Shown here: positions 1 through 10,700 of the stretch, one piece after another | Layout of the letters: each line of letters starts with the position of its first letter | Position numbering within the stretch: the first letter of the stretch is position 1 | Source: Picochlorum sp. SENEW3 | Lineage: Eukaryota | NCBI GenBank assembly: GCA_034226945.1 | Contig: CP120462.1 | Coordinates: forward strand, 1-64,000 | Direction: 5' to 3' | DNA: 64,000 bases | Notes under the pieces: model-generated | The model's database searches: none | Seen by the model: only the letters and a program-made list of their open reading frames with translations | Told to the model about the DNA's origin: nothing | Position numbers and translations under genes: made by a program

Positions 1-4
1 CTCA

Positions 5-29
5 GTACTTCGTTCAGTTACGTATTGCT
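5..29 (+). other. Oxford Nanopore ligation adapter remnant (assembly artefact)
   Basis: GTACTTCGTTCAGTTACGTATTGCT matches the 3' 25 nt of the ONT Y-adapter top strand (AATGTACTTCGTTCAGTTACGTATTGCT) and sits at the very start of the contig. Confidence 0.93.
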
Positions 30-47
30 CCCTATACCCTATACCCT
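30..47 (+). repeat. Telomere-like repeat (CCCTATA)x2.5
   Basis: CCCTATACCCTATACCCT directly follows the adapter. It differs by one base from the plant-type CCCTAAA and has the C-strand orientation expected at a left chromosome end. Confidence 0.55.
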
Positions 48-1263
48 GTGCATACCGTCGTTCCTTGGCAGTGAGGGTAATGAGGGTATATAACACCATA
101 TTGCACCCACTCCCACCGCATTCGCAGAAAAATAAACACAATTTCTAAATTAAATAATATACAAACTACCCAAAAATAAGAAAATATCCAAAAAATCAAA
201 AATAAAGCCAAGAAAAAACACCACCAACAAGACCAAAATACCCTAACCAAAAAAACACATCAACTAAAAAAACATCCAAAAACACCACCAAAAGAACGAG
301 AATATACAATACAATATCAAGAAGAAGAATAAGTAGTATAATAAGCACCTACTACTATATATACAACAACAACGACAACAACAACAACAAAAGACACGGC
401 ATACCACAAGCTCTGCTACTATTACTGCTCCTCCTCCTACTACTACTACTACAACAACAAGAGAAGACAACAACAACAACAGCAACCAACACAAAAGAAG
501 GAAGCAAAACCAAAATCAAAAGATACAAATCTCATAATAATCATAATGACACAACAACAATCTATACTATGCTATGCATGAATGAAAAGAATCTCTGTCC
601 TTTTTCACAACAACAACAGCAACATCAACAGAAGGACACAATATTAAGTAAGTAAGTAAGAAGAAGAGTACCAATAATAATAATAATACACACCCATCAT
701 TAAAAAAAAGCGTCGCACACCCAGTGCAAAACAAACAGTGGTCTGCTGCCACATGTCTGAAGAAGAGGGAGCAGCTCGGAACAACAAGAATGGCGATCTT
801 CCCATCACCCCTTGACTTGACTGGGACCACCACCAAAAACATACCAACCAAACCAATACACAAAATAAAAAGGGTGTTGTATAGCAAAAAAAAGTAGCAC
901 TCACCAAAGCGTCGCACACCACCTGAAACAACAACTCTGACAACACACACCACAAGCTCTGCTACTGCTACTACAACACAAGAGAACACACCAACAAAGC
1001 AAAGCAATCAAAAGAAGATACTATCTCATACCAGTTACTATTAGTTAGAGAAATAGTAATAATCATACTAACATGCACAACAACAATCGATATGAGCAAG
1101 CAGCCAATAATAACAGGAGGAAACACAAATACACACACACAACAAGAAGATAAGAACCTGGAGATAGACTCACAGACAAGATATGAGATAGAGAGAGGTA
1201 CAAGAAGAAGTATGTGAAAAGACATGAGACAAGAAAGAATGAAAAAAGTATTGTCTTTGTTTC

Positions 1264-1264
<1 letters not shown>

Positions 1265-1312
<48 letters not shown>
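1265..1312 (+). repeat. (CAA)16 microsatellite
   Basis: Uninterrupted CAA run. It produces the poly-N, poly-V and poly-C shadow ORFs. Confidence 0.95.
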
Positions 1313-1680
1313 GAAGCAAGCTGAGGCAAGCACTGGAGTAACGTTGCACCAATGCTTGAGTATTTCAATATCATCATGCATGGAACGCTTACTTAATTAC
1401 TTATACTTCACGTGTTGCAATGAGCATAGTAGGATAGTAGTAATATATATATATATATATCTATACAATTGCGACGCTTCTTTGGGTAAGATCTCGTCGT
1501 GTTTAGAGACTGCTCCACAGCTATCCTCCTCTCCACCTGTGTGTGTGTGCTCCACATATCCAGGCGCCTCCATCAGAAGAGGTCTTCGATAGGAGGAGGA
1601 AAAAAGAAACACCAAAAGTGAAACTACCATACCATCATCATCGGTCAAACGTCCCTTGTGATGGGAGATGAAAAAAGCAC

Positions 1681-1741
1681 GCTGAGTGTGGCCGAGCGGT
1701 TTAAAGCGTGTGGGCTCTCTGGCCCATGGTCGTCCTTTTTT
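1681..1741 (+). other. tRNA-like 5' segment with Pol III A-box (also 8284-8343; degenerate 5560-5598)
   Basis: TGGCCGAGCGG (1689-1699) fits the A-box TRGCNNAGYGG. It is followed by TTTAAAGCG, a TGGGC/GCCCA hairpin and T6. No complete cloverleaf. Confidence 0.4.
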
Positions 1742-2242
1742 ATTGTCTTCATTTACGGACGAACACCACGTCCGAGGAGATCGAGGTTCAACTTGGTTCA
1801 ACTTGGTCCAACTTTTTTATTGTGTTTGTTTACGGACATTCGCCAGAGAGCACGACCAGAGACCAGACTCTACGGGTCGCATGCCAACGGTCTGGGGCTT
1901 TGTCGGACCGAAGGGTTCAGAGAACGAACAAAGAAGCATGTGGAGTTGTCCTCACAATACTTCTTGTATCCAAGAAGGAAAAGCCGTGTAGGAACCAGTC
2001 CGAATACGTCAGTATAAGGTGTCCCTTCCTATGATTGTTGTGCATACGCAACATATTGCGGGTAATCTCTCGAGTGTTCCAGACCAAGTTGACACCACCT
2101 TCCAGAGCCATGGCATCGCGTTGGCCCAGGGGATGCCACGCACTGCGGAAGAAACGGTACCCCATATTGATTAAAATTGAATGAATGGATAATTAAAACA
2201 GCATTCAAGAGTTCCTCCGTCGTCAACGCGTCGGTTTCCACG

Positions 2243-2436
2243 CCAACCGACGGTCGTCGATTCCATTCGCGTCGCGACGGTTGGGACTAGCACAGGCCTG
2301 GAGTCGTCCTCCATGGGCATAGAGGAGCATCATTATTGCTTTAAAATTAGATCTCAGTCGAAAAAGCCGACGACTGACCACCACGGAGCACAACAGGGGT
2401 CCAACAACAACCGTTCCACGGGAATGTCATGACAAC
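2243..2436. repeat. Conserved ~190-bp block, copy 1 of 4 (others ~8678-8875, ~11516-11703, ~12350-12538)
   Basis: Shared cores TCGCGTCGCGACGGTTGGGAC and CCGTTCCACGGGAATGTCATGACAAC. Copies 3 and 4 are more diverged. Confidence 0.75.
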
Positions 2437-2896
2437 ACTCGCAACGGTGCCAACAGGCCACGACCTCCTTCTCCCAGGTTTTCCACCCTCTAGTATCTTA
2501 TATTGATATATCTTTCAAGGAGACTCCTGGGCTCCCTCCAATCAAACTCACTCACAGAGGTGGCTTTGCCCAGAGGTTGTTGCGAATTCTGTTGTGAACA
2601 TTGGTGGTGAATGCGACGCGAAATACTCCTGATGCTGGTGAGCGGAGAAGCTCTTTACTAGCATCTCATCAATTCCATATGTATGAGATGCCTAAAGTCG
2701 TCAGGCCACGGGTGAAAGCTCTCAACCTTGGAGTCTGAGGCAGCTGCTTGTGCTTGATTCCTGGCCCACTGCAAAAACATGCGGTGACCAAGGCGAGTCC
2801 TCGACACATGAATGCGCAATCTGGCTCCTTGCATGGTTTCTGTGGATATATATAAGACATAGTAGCACCACAGACGCGACGATAGAGTGCTGATGC

Positions 2897-4190
2897 GCCC
2901 ACAATCGTATCCCAAGCGTTGGGAAGTGACTCCCAGACACACCCCTCCCTGGATGACCGGTCACGCAAAATCTGGGAAATCTGAGAAAGGTCTTTTTGAA
3001 TTACATCTATATCAGGTGCCTGAAAGTGACAAACCAGGGAGCAGAGCTCTCACGCGCCCACAATTGTGCCCCAAGCGTTGCAAAAGTGCCTCCCAGACAC
3101 ACCCCTCCCTGGATGACCGGTCACGCAAAATCTTGGAAATCTGAGAAAGGTCTTTTTGAATTACATCTATATCAGGTGCCTGAAAGTGACAAACCAGGGA
3201 GCAGAGCTCTCACGCGCCCACAATTGTGCCCCAAGCGTTGCAAAAGTGCCTCCCAGACACACCCCTCCCTGGATGACCGGTCACGCAAAATCTGGGAAAT
3301 CTGAGAAAGGTCTTTTTGAATTACATCTATATCAGGTGCCTGAAAGTGACAAACCAGGGAGCAGAGCTCTCAGCCGGCCACAATCGTGCCCCAAGCGTTG
3401 CAAAAGTGCCTCACAGACACACCCCTCCCTGGATGACCGGTCACGCAAAATCTGGGAAATCTGAGAAAGGTCTTTTTGAATTACATCCATATGAGGTGCC
3501 TGAAAGCGACAGACTAGAGAAAAAAGCTCTCAGGCGAGCACAATCGTGCCCCAAGCGTTGCAAAAGTGCCTCCCAGACACACCCCTCCCTAGATGACCGG
3601 TCACGCAAAATCTTGGAAATCTGAGAAAGGTCTTTTTGAATTACATCTATATCAGGTGCCTGAAAGTGACAGACTAGAGAAAAAAGCTCTCAGGCGAGCA
3701 CAATCGTGCCCCAAGCGTTGCAAAAGTGCCTCCCAGACACACCCCTCCCTGGATGACCGGTCACGCAAAATCTTGGAAATCTGAGAAAGGTCTTTTTGAA
3801 TTACATCTATATCAGGTGCCTGAAAGTGACAAACCAGGGAGCAGAGCTCTCACGCGCCCACAATTGTGCCCCAAGCGTTGCAAAAGTGCCTCCCAGACAC
3901 ACCCCTCCCTGGATGACCGGTCACGCAAAATCTGGGAAATCTGAGAAAGGTCTTTTTGAATTACATCTATATAAGGTGCCTGAAAGCGACAGACTAGAGA
4001 AAAAAGCTCTCAGGCGAGCACAATCGTGCCCCAAGCGTTGCAAAAGTGCCTCCCAGACACACCCCTCCCTAGATGACCGGTCACGCAAAATCTTGGAAAT
4101 CTGAGAAAGGTCTTTTTGAATTACATCTATATGAGGTGCCTGAAAGCGACAGACTAGAGAAAAAAGCTCTCACGCGCCCACAATCGTGTA
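2897..4190. repeat. 160-bp tandem satellite, about 8 units
   Basis: The unit cccacaatcgtgccccaagcgttgcaaaagtgcctcccagacacacccctccctggatgaccggtcacgcaaaa... recurs every 160 bp. The ORF track repeats at 2996, 3156 and 3316. Confidence 0.97.
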
Positions 4191-4245
4191 CCAAAGATCA
4201 CCAGTTTTGGCTGAAACCAAAAGTTTGAGGTTATGGACTCCCCTT

Positions 4246-5685
4246 TACACACACCAACCAAAACAACAATATAGACAACATATGAAAGAAGAAGAATTAT
4301 AATAAGAAGCACCCTTATATATACAGCAACAACGACTAAAAAAACACGGCACACAACAAGATCTGCTCCTCCTACTACACCAAAACAAACAGCAGACCAA
4401 CAAAGACGACGCAAAGCAATCGAAAGAAAATAGCTCATAATACTCCTCATTGATAATGATAATGATAAGAACATACACAACAACAATCGACACGACCAAG
4501 CAACCAACAATAACAGGAACAGGACACAACAGAACCAAACACACAACAAGAGAAGAGAACAACCTGGAGAGAGATAGGATAGACTCACAGACAACATCTG
4601 AGAGATTGAGAGAGAGAGGTGTAATAGTAATTGTAGTAGTAGTATAATATATGAAAAAAAATAAATAAATAAATAAAAGACATGAAATGAAATGAGAAAG
4701 AACGAAAAAAGTATTGTCTTTGTTTCACAACAATAACAACAAGCACTACTAGAGTAACCAACCTCACACCGATGGTTTTGGAGTTTTTCAGTATCTTATC
4801 ATGCAAGGCACGCGTACGTACTTATGTACTTGAACGTCGACTTCTATCTGTGAATGACAGGAAATCACGACATCCCCGGTCAGACGTCCCTTAATACAAG
4901 AAATCAACAACCATCCAGCATGCACCACCACTACTACTACTACTAAACAACACACAAACAAAGAAGCAAAGCAATCAAAAGAGAAGCAAGTAAATATCTC
5001 ATAATAGTAGTAGTAGTAATGATAATAACATGCACAACAATCCACACGAGCAATAATACCAACCAATAATAACAGAGCAGAACAGAACAAAGCACACAAG
5101 TCTCATGCTCACAAGAAGAAGAACAACCTGGAGCTACCCTACACAGACAACAAGTGAGATAGAGAAAGAGTTATAATAATATCATCTCCTTCACAACAAC
5201 AACAACAAGCAAGCTGTGGCAAGCACTAGAGTAATGTTGCTTGAATGCTGGAGGAAAGTATGACATTGTCTTACGTAGACTTCATGAGGAGTTGCAATTA
5301 GAATAGTAGGACATAACTGCGACGCTTCTTTGAATGAGGGAGATGTCGTCGTGTTTATGTTGCTGCCAAGAAAGCAGGCGAGTCTGGCTCTCCTCCTCGA
5401 CCAGCTGGCTGTGTGTGTGTGCTCCACATCCACTCCCATCAAAATATGTGTTCGATGGAGAGAGCTGTGAATCACAAGAAAATCCACGACATATCCTCGG
5501 TCAAACCTCTTGTGTGATGGGATGGGAAGAAGAATGAAAAACATGCCACCAAAAAGCACGACGAGTGTGCCCGAGCGGTCTCATGGTCGTCCTTTTTTAT
5601 TGTCCTCATTGACGGACGAACACCACGTCCGAGGAGACCGGGGTTCAACTTGGTCCTACTTTTTTATTGTGTTTGTTTACGGAGA
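4246..5685. repeat. Rearranged partial copy of the C/A-rich block
   Basis: Segments match ~340-520, ~990-1400 and ~7600-8300. It ends in the same pair of 34-bp motifs as 1728-1838. Confidence 0.75.
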
Positions 5686-5760
5686 GATCTCCGTACGACA
5701 CAACCTGCCGTACCGAAACACCAGGGCGCCCTGTCCACATCAGCAAAAGAGTTGTACCTG

Positions 5761-6400
5761 CCACCAAGGTCACCCCTTCACCCCGCCGAATGACCACGCC
5801 AGAGACAATGTCCACTCCTCTCGCTTTGCACATATATTACTATCATATCAATACATCTACACAAAAACGCGCAGGACTGGACATTGTCTTTGACACCCCC
5901 AAACACGCGCTACAAGGTCGGTCATACTCACCACCAAGGTGACCACTTCACCTCGCCGAATGACCATGCCAGAGACAATGTCCACTCTTCTCGCTTTGCT
6001 CATACATTGATATTATATAAATACATCTACACAAAAGAGCACAGAACTGGACATTGTCTTTGACACCACCAAACACGCGCTACAAGGTCCGTCATACTCA
6101 CCACCAAGGTGACCACTTCACCTCGCCGAATGACCATGCCAGAGACAATGTCCACTCTTCTCGCTTTGCACATATATTACTATTATATAAATACGTCTAC
6201 ACAAAAACGCGCAGGACTGGACATTGTCTTTGACACCGCCAAACACGCCCCACAAAGCCACTGATAGTGACCACCAGGGTGACCCACTTCAGCCCCCTGA
6301 AAACCAACCTCAGAGACATTTGTTTTTTCTTTACGATCTCTCAGATACTACTTATATATGATTATATATCTGGGCAAACGTGCGGGACTGGACACGTTTT
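5761..6400. repeat. 170-bp tandem satellite, 3 full units plus 1 degenerate
   Basis: ccaccaaggt at 5761, 5931 and 6101, and ccaccagggt at 6271. Core is agagacaatgtccactcttctcgctttgcacata...ggactggacattgtctttgacacc. Confidence 0.95.
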
Positions 6401-6668
6401 CGTCTGGTAGGTAGACCACTGCAAAGGATTGGACTACTGACAGTCACCTTGTCCCAAGTGGGGGCGCCTTTTTCTCCTTGTGGCGCGCCCAATTTTGTGC
6501 CAGTTTTGGACCCCTCTGAAATGGACCCAAAACAAAATATTTTTCAGTTCTGACTCGTGTTTGATGCTATTGAAAGGTAAATAAAACTTAATATGTGGAG
6601 AGACGGGGCACATCGTCAAAAAATCTATACCCTACCGTGCTTGACACATGGATTTGGGCCATATAATT

Positions 6669-8363
6669 GGCAGGAGGGTAATGAGGGTATATAACAACAT
6701 ATTCACCCTACTTCCCACCACACAAACAAAAAATAAACACGATTTCTAAATTAAATAATATACAAACTACCCAAAAATAAGAAAATATCCAAAAAATCAA
6801 AAATTAAGCCAAGAAAAAACACACCCAACAAGACCAAAATACCCTAACCAAAAAAACACACCAACAAAAAAAACATCCAAAAACAACACCAAAAGAACCA
6901 GAATATACAATACAATATCAAGAAGAATAATAAGTAGTATAATAAGCACCTATACTATATATACAACAACAACAACGACAACAACAAAAGACACGGCACA
7001 CCACAAGCTCTGCTACTACTACTGCTCCTCCTCCTCCTCCTCCTCCTCCTCCTACTACAACAACAAGAGAAGACAACAACAACAGCAACCAACACAAAAG
7101 AAGGAAGCAAAACCAAAATCAAAATCAAAAGATGAAAATCTCATAATAATCATAATCACACAACAATCTATACTATACTATGCTATGCTATGCATGAATG
7201 AAAAGAGTCTCTGTCCTTTTTCACAACAGCAACAGAAGGACACAATATTAAGTAAGTAAGTAAGAAGAATACCAATACCAATAATAATAATAATAATAAT
7301 ACACACCCATCATTAAAAAAAAACTCCCACAACCAGTGGTGCAAAACAAACAGGTCTGCTGCCACATGTCTGAAGAAGAAGAGGGAGCATCTCGGAACAA
7401 CAACAAGAATGGCGATCTTCCCAGCACCCCTTGATTTGACTGGGACCACCACCAAAAATATACCAACCAATCCAAACCAATCAAAAGGGTGTTGTATAGT
7501 ATTTTAAAAAAAAAAGCACTCATCAAAGTGTCGCACACCACGTGAAACAACTCCTCCTCCTCTGACACCACAAGATCTGCTACTGCTACTACAATACAAG
7601 AGAACACACCAACAAAGAAGCAAAGCAATCAAAAGTAGAAGAAAGTAAATATCTCATAATAGTCGTCGTCGTAATAATGATAATAACATGCACAACAACA
7701 ATCGACACGAGCAATAATACCACCCAATAATAACAGAACAGAACAAAGCACACAAGTCTATCCTGCACACAAGAAGAAGAACCAGGAGCTACCCTACACA
7801 GACAACATACATATGAGATAGAGAGAGGTATAATAGTAGTAGTATATATAAAAAGAATAAATAGAAGACATGAAACAAGAATAAAATGAAAAGAAATCGT
7901 CGTCTTCACAACAACAACAACAAGCAAGCTGAGACAAACACCAGAGTAACATTGCAGCAGCTGCAATGCTGGAGCATCTCTCAATATCATCATCATGCGA
8001 GGCACGCGTACTTAATTACTTACATAGACTTCATGAGTTGCAATGAGTATAGTAATAGTAGTATAGAACTGCGCAGCGTCTTTGAATGGGGAAGATCTCG
8101 TCGTGTTTTTACAGTACAGCAAAGAAAGACTGCTCATCAGCTCTCCTCCTGACTGCTGTGTGCTCCACATATCCAGGCGCTCCCATCAGAAGGGGTCTTC
8201 CATCGGAGAAGGGAAACCAACATCGAAAAGAAACTACCACCACCGGTCAAAACTCCGTTGTGATGGGAGATGAAAAAAAGCACGCTGAGTGTGGCCGAGC
8301 GGTGAAAGCGTGTGGGCTCTCTGGCCCATGGTCGTCCTTTTTTATTGTCTTTATTTACGGACG
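6669..8363. repeat. Subtelomere-like C/A-rich long repeat block, copy 2
   Basis: Collinear with 66-1761 at an offset of about 6602 bp. Preceded by CTATACCCTA at ~6625-6634. Confidence 0.9.
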
Positions 8364-9324
8364 GACACGCCTGGAAAAAAATTTGAAGAAGCCCGACCTC
8401 ATCCATTGTCCCTGCTATATGAATGCACCATCTAGCAGCTTCCATAGTTTCTTTGGATACATAGAAGACTTGGTAGTAGCACCGCAGATGTGACCCTAAA
8501 CAGAAAACGCACTCAGCCACCTTCTTGCACACAACGCATCATGTGGCCTCGGTGATCTCACACCCTTGCCACTCTCCGGCATAGTGCATAGCAGTATTGG
8601 TTGTTGGTATTGGATGATTGGACAAATATAACAATATTAAGGGCTATTTTCATCGGCGCCGAGTCGAATGGATCTCACCAACCGACGTTGGTCCACTCCG
8701 ATCGCGTCGCGACGGTTGGGACGAAGACGCCGAGAATCGTTCCTTTGTGTTCCATAGGGGAGCGTCATTGTTGGTTTAAAATTAAATATTATTCAAAAGA
8801 GCGAATGGCCGACCACCACGGAGCACAACAGGGTTCCAACAACAACAACCGTTCCACGGGAATGTCATGACAACAATGACAATCACAACCATTCCGGAGC
8901 CGCGACGTTGAGGCCTCTTTCTTCTGATGACTGTGTTCTAACACAGTGTTGAATACAAGTCACGAAAGCAGACAAATCCAAAGTCGACGTGACTGTATGT
9001 TTGAGGGAGATTCGCGTCGTTGTCTCGAATGCGTGAGCACACTCCTCGCGTGGGTTGGTCTTCCTGAATGTGTGACAAATGATCTTACTGGCTTCTTGGA
9101 TGAATTTTGACTACTATATAGTATAGTAGCCCCCGCAAATCCCACGTACATGCCCCACAGGTGGGGCAAGGCTCTCGGGGAGCCGCTCTCGTCTTGATGG
9201 CTGCTATCTGTTGTTGAGGCGGTTTTTATGTGGTCCGGTCCTGTCCTGTGGGCGACCGGAGAGGAGTCGTCCTGTCGCCAGATTACCTTCCGGAATAGAA
9301 TACGATAAAAAACCCCGACCAAAA

Positions 9325-9400
9325 GGTTATTTGCTGGTTACTTGCCGGTTACTTGCTGGTTACCTGCCGGTTACTTGCTGGATACTTGCCGGTTACTTTG
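9325..9400. repeat. 11-bp minisatellite (GGTTACTTGCY)x7
   Basis: Units at 9325, 9336, 9347, 9358, 9369, 9380 and 9391. The last base alternates T/C, giving a 22-bp higher order. Confidence 0.92.
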
Positions 9401-9439
9401 TCATGGTCATACATTTTTATTGTCCTCATTTAAAGACGT

Positions 9440-9785
9440 CCAAGGTGCACATCACCTTCTTCCCGACGAATAACCATGCCAGAGACAATGTCCACTCTTC
9501 TCGCTTTGCACATATATTACTATTATATAAATACATCTACAAAAAAACGCGCAGGACTGGACATTGTCTTTGACACCACCAAACACGCCCCACAAGCTCG
9601 GTCATAGTGACAACCAGTGCGACCCCTTCACCCCGCCGAATGACCATGCCAGAGACAATGTCCACTCTTCTCGCTTTGCACATACATTGATATCATATAA
9701 ATACATCTACAGACAAACGCGCAAGACTGGATATTGTCTTTGACACCCCAAACCCGCGGCCACAAGCTCGCTCATACTCACTACC
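9440..9785. repeat. 170-bp satellite, 2 further units
   Basis: agagacaatg at 9481 and 9651. Same monomer as 5761-6400. Confidence 0.92.
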
Positions 9786-10440
9786 AATCTACCACCCATG
9801 ATGTAACCCTGCCCTCAGCCTTAGACTCTGTCTGAGACCGCTCGTGCTTGATTCCTGGTCCACTGCAAAAACATTTTGTGAGCAAAGGTGGGTCCTCGCC
9901 ATGTAAATGCACCATCTGGCACCTTGCGCTTTTGGATTTTAATTTTAATTGCAGGGTATAGGGTACGGTCATCCTTTTTTATTGTCCTCATTTGCGGACG
10001 GACACGCCTGAAAAAGAAAAGGAGGCCGACCTCACCGATCGGTCAAATACCCTGTCGGACCGATGCCTTCAGTCTATCTACCCTCCCGATGGGGATGGAT
10101 GAAAAAGACCTTTGAAGAGTTACACCTTTTGTTCTTCTTCTTTTCTACAACTATTACTATTGGTTTACTACTAAAAACAAACAGCAGTAATCACTGCCAT
10201 TGCTGCTCGAGAGGTAGAAACAACGAAACAACGAAGAGAGTAGTAGTAATAGCAATAGCACACCATGTGTGCTCACCCACCATCCACAGACTCAACCAAC
10301 AAAACAGCAAAACAGCTCCATACATATCTCCACACACACACACACACTGATTCGTGGATTCAGAAAACACAAGAATAACACGAATGTTCCAATCGATCTA
10401 TTCTATCGTATGGTAAGTAGGACAACGTGTGAATATAAGG

Positions 10441-10700
10441 ATGGATGTGGACACACACACTTATGCTGCACAGGGATCTGTTGGGAATCATGCAACACCC
10501 CCTGCTGTCCTGACACGCGACTGCTTTTTGAGCAGTATTTCTAGTAGTATGTCGTATCCTTGTACATCAATAATACAAGAACAAAAGATATATAGCAGAC
10601 TCAATCTGTTTTTGATTGAAATGATAGGTGTTGTCTGTCCACCAAAAGACTAGGGAATGTGGCCATCACAAGAGATGCTGCTCTGACCTGGATGAATAAA
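10441..10700 (+). pseudogene. Possible decayed superfamily-1 (UPF1/DNA2-like) helicase C-terminal fragment
   Basis: DVDTHTYAAQGS resembles motif V (TVDxxQGxE). IGVVCPP followed, after a frameshift, by KRLGNVAITR resembles IGFL..PRRLNVALTR (motif VI). Confidence 0.3.

Larger units (their letters stand above)
66..1761. repeat. Subtelomere-like C/A-rich long repeat block, copy 1
   Basis: Collinear with 6669-8363 (shared gagggtaatgagggtatataac, aatttctaaattaaataatatacaaactaccc, ggcccatggtcgtcctttttt). G-poor on + strand and rich in CAA/CTA/TAA microsatellites. Confidence 0.9.

Noticed and set aside
1681..1800. Intact tRNA gene
   Set aside because: No acceptor-stem complement or proper T arm, and a T6 interrupts the sequence. 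Kept only as a tRNA-like relic.
2260..2292. Helitron 3' end (palindrome followed by CTAG)
   Set aside because: Homology among copies continues past the CTAG, and other copies lack CTRR at this position.
2897..4190. CRISPR-like array
   Set aside because: The variable segment has only two recurring states, the constant part is about 130 bp, the context is eukaryotic and there are no cas genes.
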